A DNA stretch of 62,874 bases, the filler included. It is 12 parts of 12 records of this genome, joined end to end, with 100 filler letters (N's around TTAATTAATTAA, not from the genome) between each part and the next. Parts side by side here need not be neighbours in the genome. Positions count along the whole stretch, not along the records: positions 1 to 8,847 come from SRR15195285_1502; positions 8,948 to 13,632 come from SRR15195285_1503; 10 more parts are not named here. The stretch is one strand, 5' to 3'. The notes under the pieces are model-generated. The model saw only the letters and a program-made list of their open reading frames with translations. It made no database searches and was not told the DNA's origin. The number at the start of each line of letters is the position of its first letter. Positions within the stretch are counted from its first letter, which is position 1. Below, in pieces: positions 1 to 11,758 of this stretch. The position numbers and the translations under genes are program-made.

Positions 1-127
1 CTGCCCACCTGACTGCCCACCGGTATGCCCACCTGACTGCCCACCTGCCTGTATGCCCACCCACTGGTATGCCCACCTGATTGCCCAGATGCCCACCGGT
101 ATGCCCACTGGTATGCCCACCAGTATG
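1..127. repeat. Degenerate 12-bp tandem repeat (TGCCCACC + TGAC/GGTA)
   Basis: About ten TGCCCAC cores at roughly 12-bp spacing at the contig start; explains the MPTG-repeat ORF 53..553. Confidence 0.85.
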
Positions 128-1184
128 CATGCAAGCACCAGGTGGTGGCCACCCGACGCCCCGACCCTTAGTTTCAGAGAGTTGGGCCACGGCCGGTTAG
201 AGACAGTGAGAGTGCATACCGGTATTGTAGCTAGTGCCACGAGAGCTGCTGCTGGCGCCAGGCTCTTTGCCTCGGCAACAGAAATGCCAGTACCGGCCGG
301 TACAAGAATGCTCACCGGCGCTACCGAGGGCACCGAATTAAGACATCGCTCACTCAGATTCCACCCGACACGCGCGGGGGTCGCAAGCGACTGCAGCACC
401 GACCGTGGTGTGCAGTGCCACGTCGATCGGGACGCACACGTTCCCTGCGCCGATGAGGGCCCCCGGGAAAATTCGTACAAAATTGCAGTACTAAACCCAG
501 CCCCAATTTGGGCACATGTACCACTTTTAACCCGGCCACAACATGACCATTGAACACCCACCGCGGCTGACTCCCTGGATATCCACAATTCATACCTAAT
601 TTACCAGTATCACGCTGGGGATAGAAAGTGCATCTGTGTATGTGTGCTTATTGACGTGTATTTGGATAAACGGAGGAAATGCAAGGAGGAATTCGAAGCG
701 GACGGTGATGGGAAAAGATCGTACTGTAGGCGGCGTGTTAACACGGTGAGGTGTCGTCCTCGTTGGCCTCCTGGCTGGCTTTGGGCGGCAACCCTGGGGG
801 GAGGACGCCCCGGTGGGCGCGGCTGGATCTGAGCTGCTGGGGAAGGGAGGCGGGGAGGGGTGGTTGAGGGTGGGGAGGCGGCTGGAGAGCGGTTTGATCA
901 CGTGCTAGCGGTGGTGTTTCTCGGGTGATGTGGCGCTTGTCGTTGGCGGGCTGCAGGTGTAGCTGTTCCTGCGCCTGAGGGTGGAGCTGAGGGGCGTTGG
1001 CTGCGTGTTGGGCAGCGTTGGCTGCGGTGCTTTGGTACCGGGACGTTAGGGGACGGGAGTGGGGGGCGGCATGTGCGGGGGCGCGGGTGTGTGATTGATT
1101 GCGCACATGCCGGGCTGAGAGGACGTGGTAGCGAGGTGATTGCTGCGACATTGCTGCGGCGGCAGGCAGGCACGGGAAGCAGCC

Positions 1185-3123
1185 ATGCTGTCAGCCCAGC
1201 ACACCAGCGGTAACAGTGGCGCTGGCAACAAGAGCAAAGGGAAAGGGAAAGCGCGGGATCAAGAATTGCAAAACGTCCACCGCGCGTTCGATGTCATTGA
1301 CAGGGATCACTCTGGCGAGGTAGACCGCCATGAGGTGCGCCCACGCCGCCCTCTTCTCGTCTCAGTAGTTTTGCGCCAAAAGTCGAGTCTCTGGCGGGGT
1401 GCTTGTCGCGTGCAGCTGGCGGAGCTGTGTGTGGAGCTAGGCCACCAGATGACTGCGGAAGAGATCGCGCAGATGATGGCGGCGATGGACAAAACCGGCT
1501 CGAACACCGTGACTCGAGAAGGTGCGCTCCCCTCCGCATACACGCAGAGCCGTGTGCCGTGTGACCTGCCCCTCCCGGGTGCTTTCTGCGCGCAGAGTTC
1601 ACAATATGGTGGATGGATGAGAAGACCAACGGAGAGTACATTGGCAACTTCAACACCAACGCCTTGAAGCAGGTGTTGCCGAACCCGTGAGTTGTGCACC
1701 GCGCGTAGCTTCGCAGTCATTGAAAATCTCGAGAAAAACTGACCAAGGGCTCGCTCGCAGGGCCGCGATCTTTTACCATCTGTTCGAGGATCCGGGATGG
1801 TTTGACACGATGGGTGCTGCCGGCAAGCCCTTCAAGCTGACCGCAGTATGCATTATGCTGGCTATGAATTTCTTAATTATCGTGTCGACTTTCGCGTTCT
1901 GCCTGGAGACCCTCCCCGAGTACTCAGCGGACCCCGAGACGCGGGCCTTTTATCTGGGGGAAGCCAACCCAGAAATTAAGGCAGCCGACTGGGAGTCCTG
2001 GTGGTGGTGGATCGAGGTGGTGTGCGTCTTCATGTTCACGATTGACCTGGGGGTACGATTTGGCGCGTCATTCCCTGCCGGTACTGCGAAGACATTTGTA
2101 GGAGACCCCATGAACTGGGTGGATTTCTTGGCGATATTTCCGTTCTACGTCAAGTTTGTCGCGGACGACTTCCTCGATCTACGCTTTTTGCGTGTGGTTC
2201 GCTTGGCGCGTGTTCTGCGGTCGATTCCATCGCCACGCTACCAGGACGTTGGCCGTGTCGTGATGGAGCTCTTTGTGAACGCAATGGCGCCGCTGTTTGT
2301 TCCGCTGTACTTTATGATTCTGTCTATGGTTACCTTGTCGAGTATTGTGTACTATTCGGAGGCACCGATGGCCTATGAGTGTCATATGCCCGACAAAACT
2401 ATTGTTAAGGACTGGGACAACACGCCGGCCAAGAATCTTGGATGTTTGGACGAAGTAGGCTGCGAGTGTGCAGGCACGCTGATGCACTACACTGCATTGG
2501 AAAGCGAACCTCGAGATAGTGCTGTCTTCTCAAGCATCCCCGACACTTTCTGGTGGTGCGCCGTCACGTTCACCACCGTGGGGTACGGGGACGTTAACCC
2601 GATAACGCCGGTTGGCCAGGTCCTTGCTGCCATCACAATGTTCATCGGAATCTTCTTCCTTGCTATGCCACTTGCGATCGTCGGAGGCTCTTTCCAGGAC
2701 GCATGGTTAAAACTCGATGCACGTGCGCACCAGCTGGAGGAGGAAGCGCGGCAGGCTGAGCAGGGAAACCTGGAGGTGGGCAGTCCACTCAAAAAGGAGG
2801 AGGAGGATGACGAGTTCTACCAGGATGAGCTACAGGCTGTGGCACACCTGGCGGGCGCGACGAAGACAATCGCAGCGTTGGTCGGGCGATCTAGGGGCGT
2901 GGGAGGGCGGGAAGGAATGTACGACGAAGTACAATCCCTCGTGGACCGGTCGAAAGAGTTGGTGCAGGAAATGGCGAAAGCCACCGAAGATGCCATCATT
3001 GAGACGGTACAGATGCTGGAGCAGCAGGAGCAAAAGGAAGGAAAAGCACAAACGCGCATCGTCAACCCGATGCAGGCGGAGGACGACGGCGTTGACCCAA
3101 CTGATTCTTCGGAGATGGAGTAG
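1185..3123 (+). CDS. Voltage-gated K+ channel (6TM) with N-terminal EF-hand pair; 4 exons (1185-1334, 1416-1521, 1596-1686, 1761-3123)
   Basis: Filter TTVGYGD, pore helix FSSIPDTFWW, S4 LRFLRVVRLARVLR, S6 FFLAMPLAIV. EF loops DRDHSGEVDRHE and DKTGSNTVTREE join in frame through three GT-AG introns. Confidence 0.9.
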
Positions 3124-3401
3124 GCGCGTTGAGAAGTGAACATTAGTAAACACACCTATTTTCACGCACAGCCCACCCCAACCAGGTCAAGCTGTCAGCG
3201 GCACCGCGGGGCAGCCCTTTGCCTCCCCGTTGGACGGGGACTCCAGCTACAGCTGTAGGAATTCTTAGAGCTCTCTAGCTGCACTGCGTGGTAAGTACTA
3301 CCTACTACGGCTTTAGCAAGTACTGTAGGAAGAGGTCCAGAACCAGAGAGTCCAGCAGAGGAATCAACTTAGAAACAGGTAAACGGAAACCCCGAAAAGA
3401 T

Positions 3402-3416
3402 CCCGGCGCTTGATTT
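3402..3416 (+). promoter_or_regulatory. Recurrent upstream motif CCCGGCGCTTGATTT
   Basis: Exact reverse complement at 30746-30760 and 62689-62703; about 140 nt upstream of ATG 3558. Confidence 0.5.
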
Positions 3417-3557
3417 CAAACCGGTCGCCTTGAGGTAGTTGCGGACAACAAGGCGGGGGGCGAGGTGGACGCGTCCGCCTGTGCGGTAACCGGATGGGGG
3501 GCTGAGGATGCCGATTATTTGCTGCCCAGCCTGCACGTGCTCTGGCTCCCCGTGAGG

Positions 3558-5073
3558 ATGTCCGGGGCTTGCGAGGTGCTGGCGGAGCGGGAGTTTGAGG
3601 ACGCGCTGCGCACGTTCCAGGCGCTGTGGGAAACGAAAGGCGACCTGGAGCGCCAGCTGGGCGACGAGCGGCGTCGGACGGAGAAGCTCCGCAACCAGAT
3701 CTCGGAGCAGCTCGTAGCGCAGGAGAAGCTGCGGGATGAGCTACACGGCGCCCAGCGCACGGGCGAGAAACAAGAGAGACGGGCTGAGCGAGACCGGGAG
3801 ACCATTCTTGCGCTCGAGCAGCAGCTCGCTGAGGCGCAGAGGAAGCAACAGCGCGAGAGTAGCTGCCAGCGTTGCGTCGAGCTCGAGGCACAGGTACTCG
3901 CTCTCGAGCGCGACAACGGGCGGCTGAAGCGAGCAGCAGCAGAGCTGGAGTCTCTTCGCGCATATGGCAAAGAGCTGCAAGATTTGGAGTCGGCTTCGCA
4001 GGTCCCGTCGCTGGCACCTGGCGCACCGGAACGCTCGCCAGCTGCAACCCTGGACCGAGACGACCGGTACGACTCGAGGTTCGCTCCAGTGCGTAGGGTC
4101 GAGGATTCCCAGCGCGTTCACCCGCCTGTTGGCAGTAGTATACCAGATGCGCCCGCTGCGGGTGCCCGGAGTCGACTGAAACTCAGCAAAAAGTGCGGCG
4201 CCCGTGCAGCGCCTAGCATGTGTGATCGGTGTGCTGACTATGCATGTGCGCGTGTGATGTAATAGGCACCGCTCGGATCAGTTTGAGTCCTTAGGATCAG
4301 AGCAACAAGGTGGGTGTCCTGAATCCCAGGGCCCAGTCATACCGCGGAAGAAGCGCTGTGTCTCTCCGACGTTCGACGAGACCGAGCAGCAGTCGCAGTC
4401 GTCCCAGTCCTCGCAGCCCTCGCAGCCGATTCTCGACACTCCCGCCCTGCTTGGTGACGACGATGAAGACGACGTGCCGACGAGCCGATGGTCTAGCAGG
4501 GGCACAGCCGATGCAGTTGACACGACAGGCGGCACGGGAACGCACCCTACGGCACCTGGTCATGAAATTCCGGCAGCAGATGAGAGCCAGCTGCTACCGA
4601 CGGTGGCTCAACAAGACTCAATGGCTGACCTATTGGACGAGGTAGCCAAACCAGCACGTAGCGGGTCAAGGGAGAGCGGGAAAGAAAACACGCTGCCTAC
4701 CCATAGACCATCCACTGTGTTTAATGTGTCAACGCCTCGATCATCGGCTGTCAACCATGGGTGCGATGAACCGAGAGCTGCAGCCACAGCCGCAATCGGA
4801 GCTGGAGCAGTGGCGTCTGCGTTTGCAGTAGCAGGTGGAACGAGAGATGCCGTGACGAAGACAGGTGATGGCACAGCCTCACCAGTACCCAATGTGTCGA
4901 CATCTCAGACCCAGCTAACGCAGCACTCCCCGGACCTGTTCCCTGAAGAGGGCTGCGCCGATGATGCCAGTAGTAGTCAACAAGACAGCACAGGGTCGAA
5001 GTCCGCCGGCTCAGCTTTCTTCAAGGTTAAACTGAGAGCACGGACGCCATTCACGCAGTCGCAGCGGAGCTAG
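3558..5073 (+). CDS. Coiled-coil protein with CxxC and SQ/TQ-rich disordered tail; 2 exons (intron 4193-4265)
   Basis: ORFs 3465..4262 and 4474..5073 join in frame via GTGCGG...TAATAG. Heptad-rich N-terminus with SCQRC. Confidence 0.65.
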
Positions 5074-5152
5074 CGTGTAAGCATGGTGTACGCAATGATC
5101 AAAACACCGCACTGCGTGACAGAAATGCCCTCGCCATTCGACTGGACTAGGG

Positions 5153-8100
5153 CTAATTTCGCGGTTTATATATTACATCTCTCGCGAACCCATCGTTGTC
5201 GCCTGCCTCTGCACTACCTGCCATGTCATCTCCCGCCGCCCGCTCTGCTGCCGATCCTGCCCCTGGACCTGTTGCTTCATCAGCTGCCTTGCCCAACGTC
5301 TTTGGCATCTTCTTCTTGTTATCGTCCTGGATCTCGTTCGCTTTGTAGTAGTGTGGGGCAATCTCCACAAGCCACTCTGGGTTGATCTCAATAACCTGGC
5401 GCATGAACTCCTTTGACGTCAGCACAAGCTCATGGTAGATGACCCACCGCGGTAGCTCCTCCTGCAGCGCCGATGAAGGGTGAATGTGCACACTTTGCGG
5501 ATTCTTGACAGTGCGGTAGCTGCCATTCTTCTGCAGCTTCGCCGTATGGTAAAAAAACCCAGACGCAATGCACTTGCGCAGCACCTCGTGGTCGGAGTTG
5601 GACAGCTTCTCGATCTCTACGCGCTCAAGCATACCGTCCAGCTGTTCCTTGACGTCCCGCGCCCGTTTCATCGTACGAATCTGCACAAAGTTCTCGAAGC
5701 ACCACTGCACTGAAAACCCGAGCTCCTCCCACTGCGTGTAACAATTCAGCAATGCTAAGTGGTCGCCATATCCCCGATGGAAATTTGCCTTTGCAGCGTC
5801 GGCGAGGACAGCTTTGTCCTTCGGTCTGTAAAAGATCGCATTTCCTGCACTGAGCATTGCGGCGATGACAATCATCTGTTCAGCACACTTGTACTCTTCT
5901 GACGCGATGATCATTTTTGATTGCATCGGGTCCAACGGAAACTCGGCCATCCTCCTGCCGAGCTTTGTCAGCTCACCGCGGTCGTTCAGTGCACCCAGCG
6001 CATACAGCTGCTCCAAAGCACGGATCAGCGTCTCGGCCGGTGGTGGATCCATGAAGTCAAAGTGGATGAGATCATTAATCCCTAGTGACTTGAGAAGCAA
6101 GACCACACTCCCAAGATTGGTTCGTTGGATCTCTGGAACCTGGTCCTCGTCCAGCTCGTTGTGAAACGACCACGCCGTGTAGAGCCGGAAGCACTTTCCT
6201 GGCTGCGTCCGGCCGGCCCTGCCGGCACGTTGGTTCGCGCCTGCCTTAGAGCAGGGCGTCACAATCAGAGAATCCATCCCTGTCCGTGGGTTGTAGCTCG
6301 TTTGCTTTACAAACCCCGTGTCAATCACGTAAACAATGCCATCGATCGTCAGCGAAGTCTCCGCAATATTGGTCGCCAGCACAACCTTCCTACCACCCGG
6401 TGGTGGCGGATCGAAGATCTTGGCCTGCATATCTGAAGGTAAGTTGGCATAGATGGGGCACACGAGCAATTCCCCTATCTTAGTCCCAAGCCCTCGCGTG
6501 CGGTCCTGCAGCGCCTCTGTTGCCAACTCGATCTCCTCCTGCCCCGTCATAAATACTAAGATGTCACCCGGTGGTTGAGTGATGTGAACCTGCAAGCATG
6601 TCACAACTGAAGCATCTAGATAGTCTGCCTCTGGAGCCTTTGTATACATGATGTCCACCGGGTAACGCCTGCCGGGAATGTTGAACACGGGGGCGTCGTC
6701 AAAGAATTCTGAAAATTTCTCCGAGTTGACCGTAGCAGAAGAGAGCAACAGTTTAAGATCAGGACGAAAGCGAGCGATATCTTTCACCAGCCCGAATAAG
6801 ACGTCACTGTGCAATGACCGCTCGTGCGCCTCGTCGATTATCATGACCGAGTAACTCGCAAGGTCCGGTTCACCGAGAAATTCTCGAAGCAGCATGCCGT
6901 CAGTCATATACTTGATTGTCGTGCGGTCTGATGTGCAGTCCTCGAAGCGGATAGAATATCCAACCTCATTTCCTATCTTGACATTCATCTCCTCCGCGAC
7001 ACGCGCGGCCACACTCATAGCTGCCACTCGACGGGGCTGTGTGCAGCCGACCTTTCCTTTTTTGGTCCATCCAGCCTCGTGCAAGAACTGCGGCACCTGC
7101 GTTGTCTTACCCGAGCCGGTCTCTCCGACAATCACAAGGACCTGATACTCCTCAATAGCTGCGAGCAGGTCCTCTCGGTATGGATAAATTGGCAGCAGCT
7201 TGCGCCCCTTCAGAATCGCCCGGTGCTTCCTGTCGTTCTCACTAAGCTCTGGGTCTTCGTCATCGGGTGACGGCACCGCAGGTGCGACAATGTCCTCTTC
7301 ACTGGACGATGACGACCCATCGCCGTCGTTGCGCTTCTTCTTTTTCTTCTTCTTCTTCTTTTTCTTTGTGTTCTCGGCGGCAATCGACTCAGTGCTCACG
7401 AAGTCGATCTGGTCCTCAAACACAAAATCGAATTCCGCGCCGCGTTCCGCTTCTTTTGACGACCCGAACTTCACAGTCGAGTATTTCAGCTGATGCTCTT
7501 CCCAGACTTCCTGCTCGGTTCGCACTGTCTCCTCGATATCCTGAGTCCGCCCGTGCAGCACCTCCAGTTCTCTGTCCTTGTCGCGCTTTACCGCAACCCC
7601 TTCATCGTCCACATCAACGTACGCATCAGGCATGTCGTATCCCCCTTCGTCGAAGTTCATGTTCTGCTTCTCCTTCGCCAGTCTGAGCAGCTCCAGCTTC
7701 ATCTCCTTCTCGATCTTCTCCTTCTTCGTCAGCTTCACGCCGCTGTAGAGATAGTCCTCGTCCTTTAGGTCGTCCTCGAGCTCCACGAGCTTCTGGTCGG
7801 TACGTTTCACAAGGTAGTCCTCGCGCGAGCGGACGCGGAGTTTCCTCAGGTGCTCCTCCTTCTCGTCCTGCTTGAGCTGTGCGAGCTCCTTCAGCCGCTC
7901 CCCAGTCTTGTCCTCGTCCAGCGTGGAATTCTTGGTTTTGGCATCGTCGCGTTCCTTCAAGCGATCGGAGAAAGCCTGCATCTCGGCCTGGTCCTCGTCC
8001 ATCAGCCTGATCTTGCGCTCTTCCTCGGTTTCAGTGCGCTTCGCGGCGGGGGCCTCCTCCTCGTCGTCATCGCGTGCGCTGCGCTTGCGCAGCTTACGCT

Positions 8101-8452
8101 GCGCCTTCTTGGCCGCCTTCAACGCCTTTGCATCTACCTCGGGCTCCTTGAGCAGTGCATAAGTGTCGTTCTTTGCTGCCGCTGCTCGCGCCGCCTGCTC
8201 GCGCTTCTGGGTCGCGGAGGGCTGGGCCCTGGGCCTGCCGCCGCCGCTGCCGCCCGCACGCGCCATCAGCTCTCTCGCAAACTGCTTGGTCCGCGCGTTC
8301 GTCGGCACATCCAGCGCCGCGAGGTTGCTCAGCAGGTCCCCCTCGCTCTTCGACTTCTTGGCGAGCGAGACCGTATACCCGACCAGGTTCTTCTCCGCGA
8401 ACCCAAGCACATCAAACAGCTGGTTCTTCACCCACGCGTTCAGGTCGCCCAT
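5153..8452 (-). CDS. DHX16: Pre-mRNA splicing DEAH-box helicase DHX16/PRP2, intronless
   Basis: [27 protein letters not shown] motifs. N-terminus [17 protein letters not shown] and the EQxxWEEHQ segment are typical of DHX16. First ATG at 8452. Confidence 0.93.
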   Translation of the reverse strand: MGDLNAWVKNQLFDVLGFAEKNLVGYTVSLAKKSKSEGDLLSNLAALDVPTNARTKQFARELMARAGGSGGGRPRAQPSATQKREQAARAAAAKNDTYALLKEPEVDAKALKAAKKAQRKLRKRSARDDDEEEAPAAKRTETEEERKIRLMDEDQAEMQAFSDRLKERDDAKTKNSTLDEDKTGERLKELAQLKQDEKEEHLRKLRVRSREDYLVKRTDQKLVELEDDLKDEDYLYSGVKLTKKEKIEKEMKLELLRLAKEKQNMNFDEGGYDMPDAYVDVDDEGVAVKRDKDRELEVLHGRTQDIEETVRTEQEVWEEHQLKYSTVKFGSSKEAERGAEFDFVFEDQIDFVSTESIAAENTKKKKKKKKKKKRNDGDGSSSSSEEDIVAPAVPSPDDEDPELSENDRKHRAILKGRKLLPIYPYREDLLAAIEEYQVLVIVGETGSGKTTQVPQFLHEAGWTKKGKVGCTQPRRVAAMSVAARVAEEMNVKIGNEVGYSIRFEDCTSDRTTIKYMTDGMLLREFLGEPDLASYSVMIIDEAHERSLHSDVLFGLVKDIARFRPDLKLLLSSATVNSEKFSEFFDDAPVFNIPGRRYPVDIMYTKAPEADYLDASVVTCLQVHITQPPGDILVFMTGQEEIELATEALQDRTRGLGTKIGELLVCPIYANLPSDMQAKIFDPPPPGGRKVVLATNIAETSLTIDGIVYVIDTGFVKQTSYNPRTGMDSLIVTPCSKAGANQRAGRAGRTQPGKCFRLYTAWSFHNELDEDQVPEIQRTNLGSVVLLLKSLGINDLIHFDFMDPPPAETLIRALEQLYALGALNDRGELTKLGRRMAEFPLDPMQSKMIIASEEYKCAEQMIVIAAMLSAGNAIFYRPKDKAVLADAAKANFHRGYGDHLALLNCYTQWEELGFSVQWCFENFVQIRTMKRARDVKEQLDGMLERVEIEKLSNSDHEVLRKCIASGFFYHTAKLQKNGSYRTVKNPQSVHIHPSSALQEELPRWVIYHELVLTSKEFMRQVIEINPEWLVEIAPHYYKANEIQDDNKKKMPKTLGKAADEATGPGAGSAAERAAGDDMAGSAEAGDNDGFARDVIYKPRN

Positions 8453-8847
8453 CGCACGCGCCCGATGGTGCCACACAGTCTGTCACCCCGGGGGGCCGAC
8501 CCTGACGCCTCAGCTCTACCGCAAGAACGATCTCAGCGACGATCGGTTGGCCCCGGGCGGGAAGAACAAACAGCGCGACAGGGAGGAGCAGGGAGGAGCA
8601 GGGAGGAACAGGAAGAAGGCCCCCACCCTCAGCGGCTACCGTCGTGGCCACGCCCAGCGCCAGCGCCAGCAGCGTCACCAGCACCATCTGATTCTTTGGG
8701 TCAATTCGCAGCGACCGGTTCATGTCACAGGCTGGGTGACTGGGTCAGGTTCAATTCAAGCGGTCTCCGGCCCGCCGCGGCCCGCGGCGCGGGACGCTTC
8801 CTCGCCGGTTTGATGCTCAGAGTGCTACGCCCGAGTCGAGGCCCCAG

Positions 8848-8947
8848 NNNNNNNNNNNNNNNNNNNNNNNNNNNNNNNNNNNNNNNNNNNNTTAATTAAT
8901 TAANNNNNNNNNNNNNNNNNNNNNNNNNNNNNNNNNNNNNNNNNNNN
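8848..8947. other. Artificial contig spacer
   Basis: N44-TTAATTAATTAA-N44, giving stops in all six frames. Confidence 0.99.
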
Positions 8948-9212
8948 CGCGGTGTGCAACCATCATCTGATGCTTTCTGGCTTACCGACCTGTAGAGCCC
9001 CTTCTCCTGGGTGTACAATCTGGGCACTGTGACTGGGGTAGGAGACTGTGCGCTCTCTACCGGCGTGTGTTTCATCTGATGGCCTGGCCGCCAGAGTGTC
9101 GCTGAAGCAGAGCGCTTCATAGCCGTTGGAGGATGGGCTGGGGGGTGCTTGCCGTTTGTTTGGCGGTTTGACTGCGTCGTTGTGGTGCTGCTCACGGGCC
9201 GTGCGCGTGGGC

Positions 9213-11602
9213 ATGGCGCTGGACGTGCGGGGCAGCGCGCTGGTGCGCTCGGAGCTGCGCTCGCTGTGCGAGCAGCGCCCAACGGGCACGCCGGCGAGCT
9301 TCGAACGGCCGCCGAAGCAGCAGGCGACGACGGCCGATCCAAGCAGCGCTGTGCTGACTGCGGCGGACGGTTCGGTGAAAGGTGCAGCGCGCTCCAGCTT
9401 CCGTCGCTCGCGCGTGCGCGTGATGGCCCAGGGTCGCAGCGGCTCGGGGGCGCGCCCACAGTCCGCACCTGCGCGGAGCAGCGAGGACCTCAGTGCGGGC
9501 TACCTGGCACTCAAACGGCGGCATTTCGCATCGGAGCTGCGTGGAAGAGGCAGCAGCACCCAGCTTGGTGCGGGGATGGCCATTAGCGGCGTCGCGCACA
9601 CGGCTTCGCAGGACTCGATCGGGCGCAGCTCGGGCATGCCTCAGCGCGTGCGGCGGCGGCGCAGTCGACCCCGCACGCGGCCTCATGCCACGGCGATCGC
9701 CAGCGAGCCCGTGGTGGGGTCAGAAGGAGACGGACTCGTTGACCACGACAGATCTTTTGTACCGCACGAATACTCGACCGACGGGCCTGAGTGGCGAGCC
9801 TTGACGGCCAACTCTGCAGCAGTGCTCACTCAGACCACGCCGGCAAGGGGTGATGCGGAAAATGACGACGAGCTGCTGCTGCAACAGCTGGAGGACGAGC
9901 TCATGGTGGAGCAAGATGACGCACAAGTCTTGCCGGATGCAGAGCTGATCGACGCGGGTCGACCAGTCCCAGAGGGGCTTTTGACAATTCGGCCAGAGTA
10001 TTCTGACGATCTCAGCAAGATCACCAACCGACGCGCGTGAGTTTCCCATTCTGTCACGCGTGCAGCAGTGCTGTGGCTCGATGTCGTAGGAGGCGTTGGT
10101 TGTCACCATTTCTGAGTCTTGGCTGCGACCGCGCGGGGCTGTTGCAAGCGCAGATACGACGCGTACATACAATTCGTCACAAATCAATGGCCGGGCTGGA
10201 CAGCACCCAAGGGACGCAGCGATACCTCGTTGTCCACACACGACATTATCGCCACGGATGCCGCCGATCCGCGAGCAGTGAACGATAATGCCGATTGGCT
10301 GAAGATAAAGGAGACTGCGGAGTGGCTGGAAACCATCGTGCCACAGTCAAGACTTGATGCGTATCCTGTCTACGTACTTTGCCGCGAGCTGCTGCGCAAG
10401 GTCATGCAGCGAGAGGTGGAGTATCATGACGCAAGAAATATCGCACTGTCCGATCTTGTCGCGCAGCTCCGTGCAGAGGTTGCCGAGAGAGAAGCGGCAA
10501 TGGGACGTGCTGCGCGTGCAGCCCAGCTGCGTGAGCAAGAAGCGCAGGAGAAGCATAGACGAGAGGCTGAGGCGGCGGCGGCAGACCAAATGCGACTCGA
10601 GCGTGCGCTCGACGCTGCGTTATCTGAGGCGGAGACTTTGCGCGAGCGGCTCGCTTTGGCTAGGGTAGGACAATCAGATGCAGAGGCTGCTGCCATGCGT
10701 GAGGAGCATCGTGCAGATCGGCTGGAGAAGATGGGGAAAAAGATGGGCGAAGAAGCAGCGGTACGTTGGATGATTTTCACACGCAAGGTCGCGCAAGCCT
10801 TCACGCGCCTGTCGGTTGCATAAATGCGCAGGCGAAAATCGACGCACTTCAATCGATAGTGTCAGACGCGAAGCAGCTACGCAACGCAATGCGGCGCATT
10901 GCAGTCGACGGTGCGCAAATGCAAACACAAACGAAGCGTCGTTTATTTCGTGTAGTATTGAGAGGTGCTGGTGCATGCAATAGGCAGCGACGACGAGAAA
11001 GCGCAGAGGCGCGAAATGTTTTTGGAGGCTTCGCTGGGTCTGTGCTTGAGCTCTGATGTGGATCTCATGACACGTGCCACCACATATCTTTTCAAGCAGC
11101 TCGGTCCGCAACTGCCACTGGCGAGTGCGGGAGAGGACCCTTGGCGCGTAATCGGTGAGCCTTGAGAATGCATCACTAAGGTTGAAAGTCTGATTGGGTG
11201 ATCACCCGAGCAGTTTTGAATCTGAGACGCGTGCGCTGTGACAGGGCGCAGCCAGCGGCTGCAACTGCTGTCGTGTCTTCTGCAGGACAGCGAAGAATCG
11301 AATCGCCCGACGACTGAGGAGCTCCTCTCAGCGCTTGGTAAGCAATCTAGAGAATTCAGGCCCATGTTTGCTGATTTCAATCACCAGATCCAAATTCGAA
11401 AGGCTCCACGTTCGCATGCTGACAGATCATTTGTATCTGGTTGAATTGCGTGGCAGGGGTTGGCAGTGCGGGACTGCTGCTCACAAAGCTGACTGAGGAT
11501 GGCTTGCTCTCAGCTGACGATATTCGGTCGGCGCTCGAACGTTTACCAGCGACTGAAACGGCTACGAATGGGGAGTCTGAAACAGAGCCAGTGGCAGATT
11601 AA
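9213..11602 (+). CDS. Multi-exon hypothetical protein with central coiled coil
   Basis: ORF pieces 9126..10040, 10119..10823, 10965..11165 and 11238..11444 link via GT-AG introns (e.g. 10037-10153) and end at TAA 11600-11602. No recognised domain. Confidence 0.55.
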
Positions 11603-11758
11603 GAGCTGGAGCATGATGCAGATGCCTCGTGATCTCCACGGTACTGTACAATCTCGATCCGAATATGACTGCTGCATGCCCACACACGCGGCAAGCATCT
11701 ACATACATAATACATGGATTGGGCGAATCCTTTCGATCTACCGGTACTACTAACCATC

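Noticed and set aside
53-553. ORF with MPTG repeats
   Set aside because: Translation of the 12-bp tandem repeat with no other coding signal.
796-880. G-quadruplex-like G runs upstream of the Kv gene (C runs also at 38940-39220)
   Set aside because: Expected in GC-rich low-complexity spacers, with nothing specific to support function.
7850-8899. 349-aa plus-strand ORF and similar long antisense ORFs (15091..16209, 31694..32461, 42511..43461, 48340..49170)
   Set aside because: Shadows of well-supported genes on the opposite strand in GC-rich DNA.
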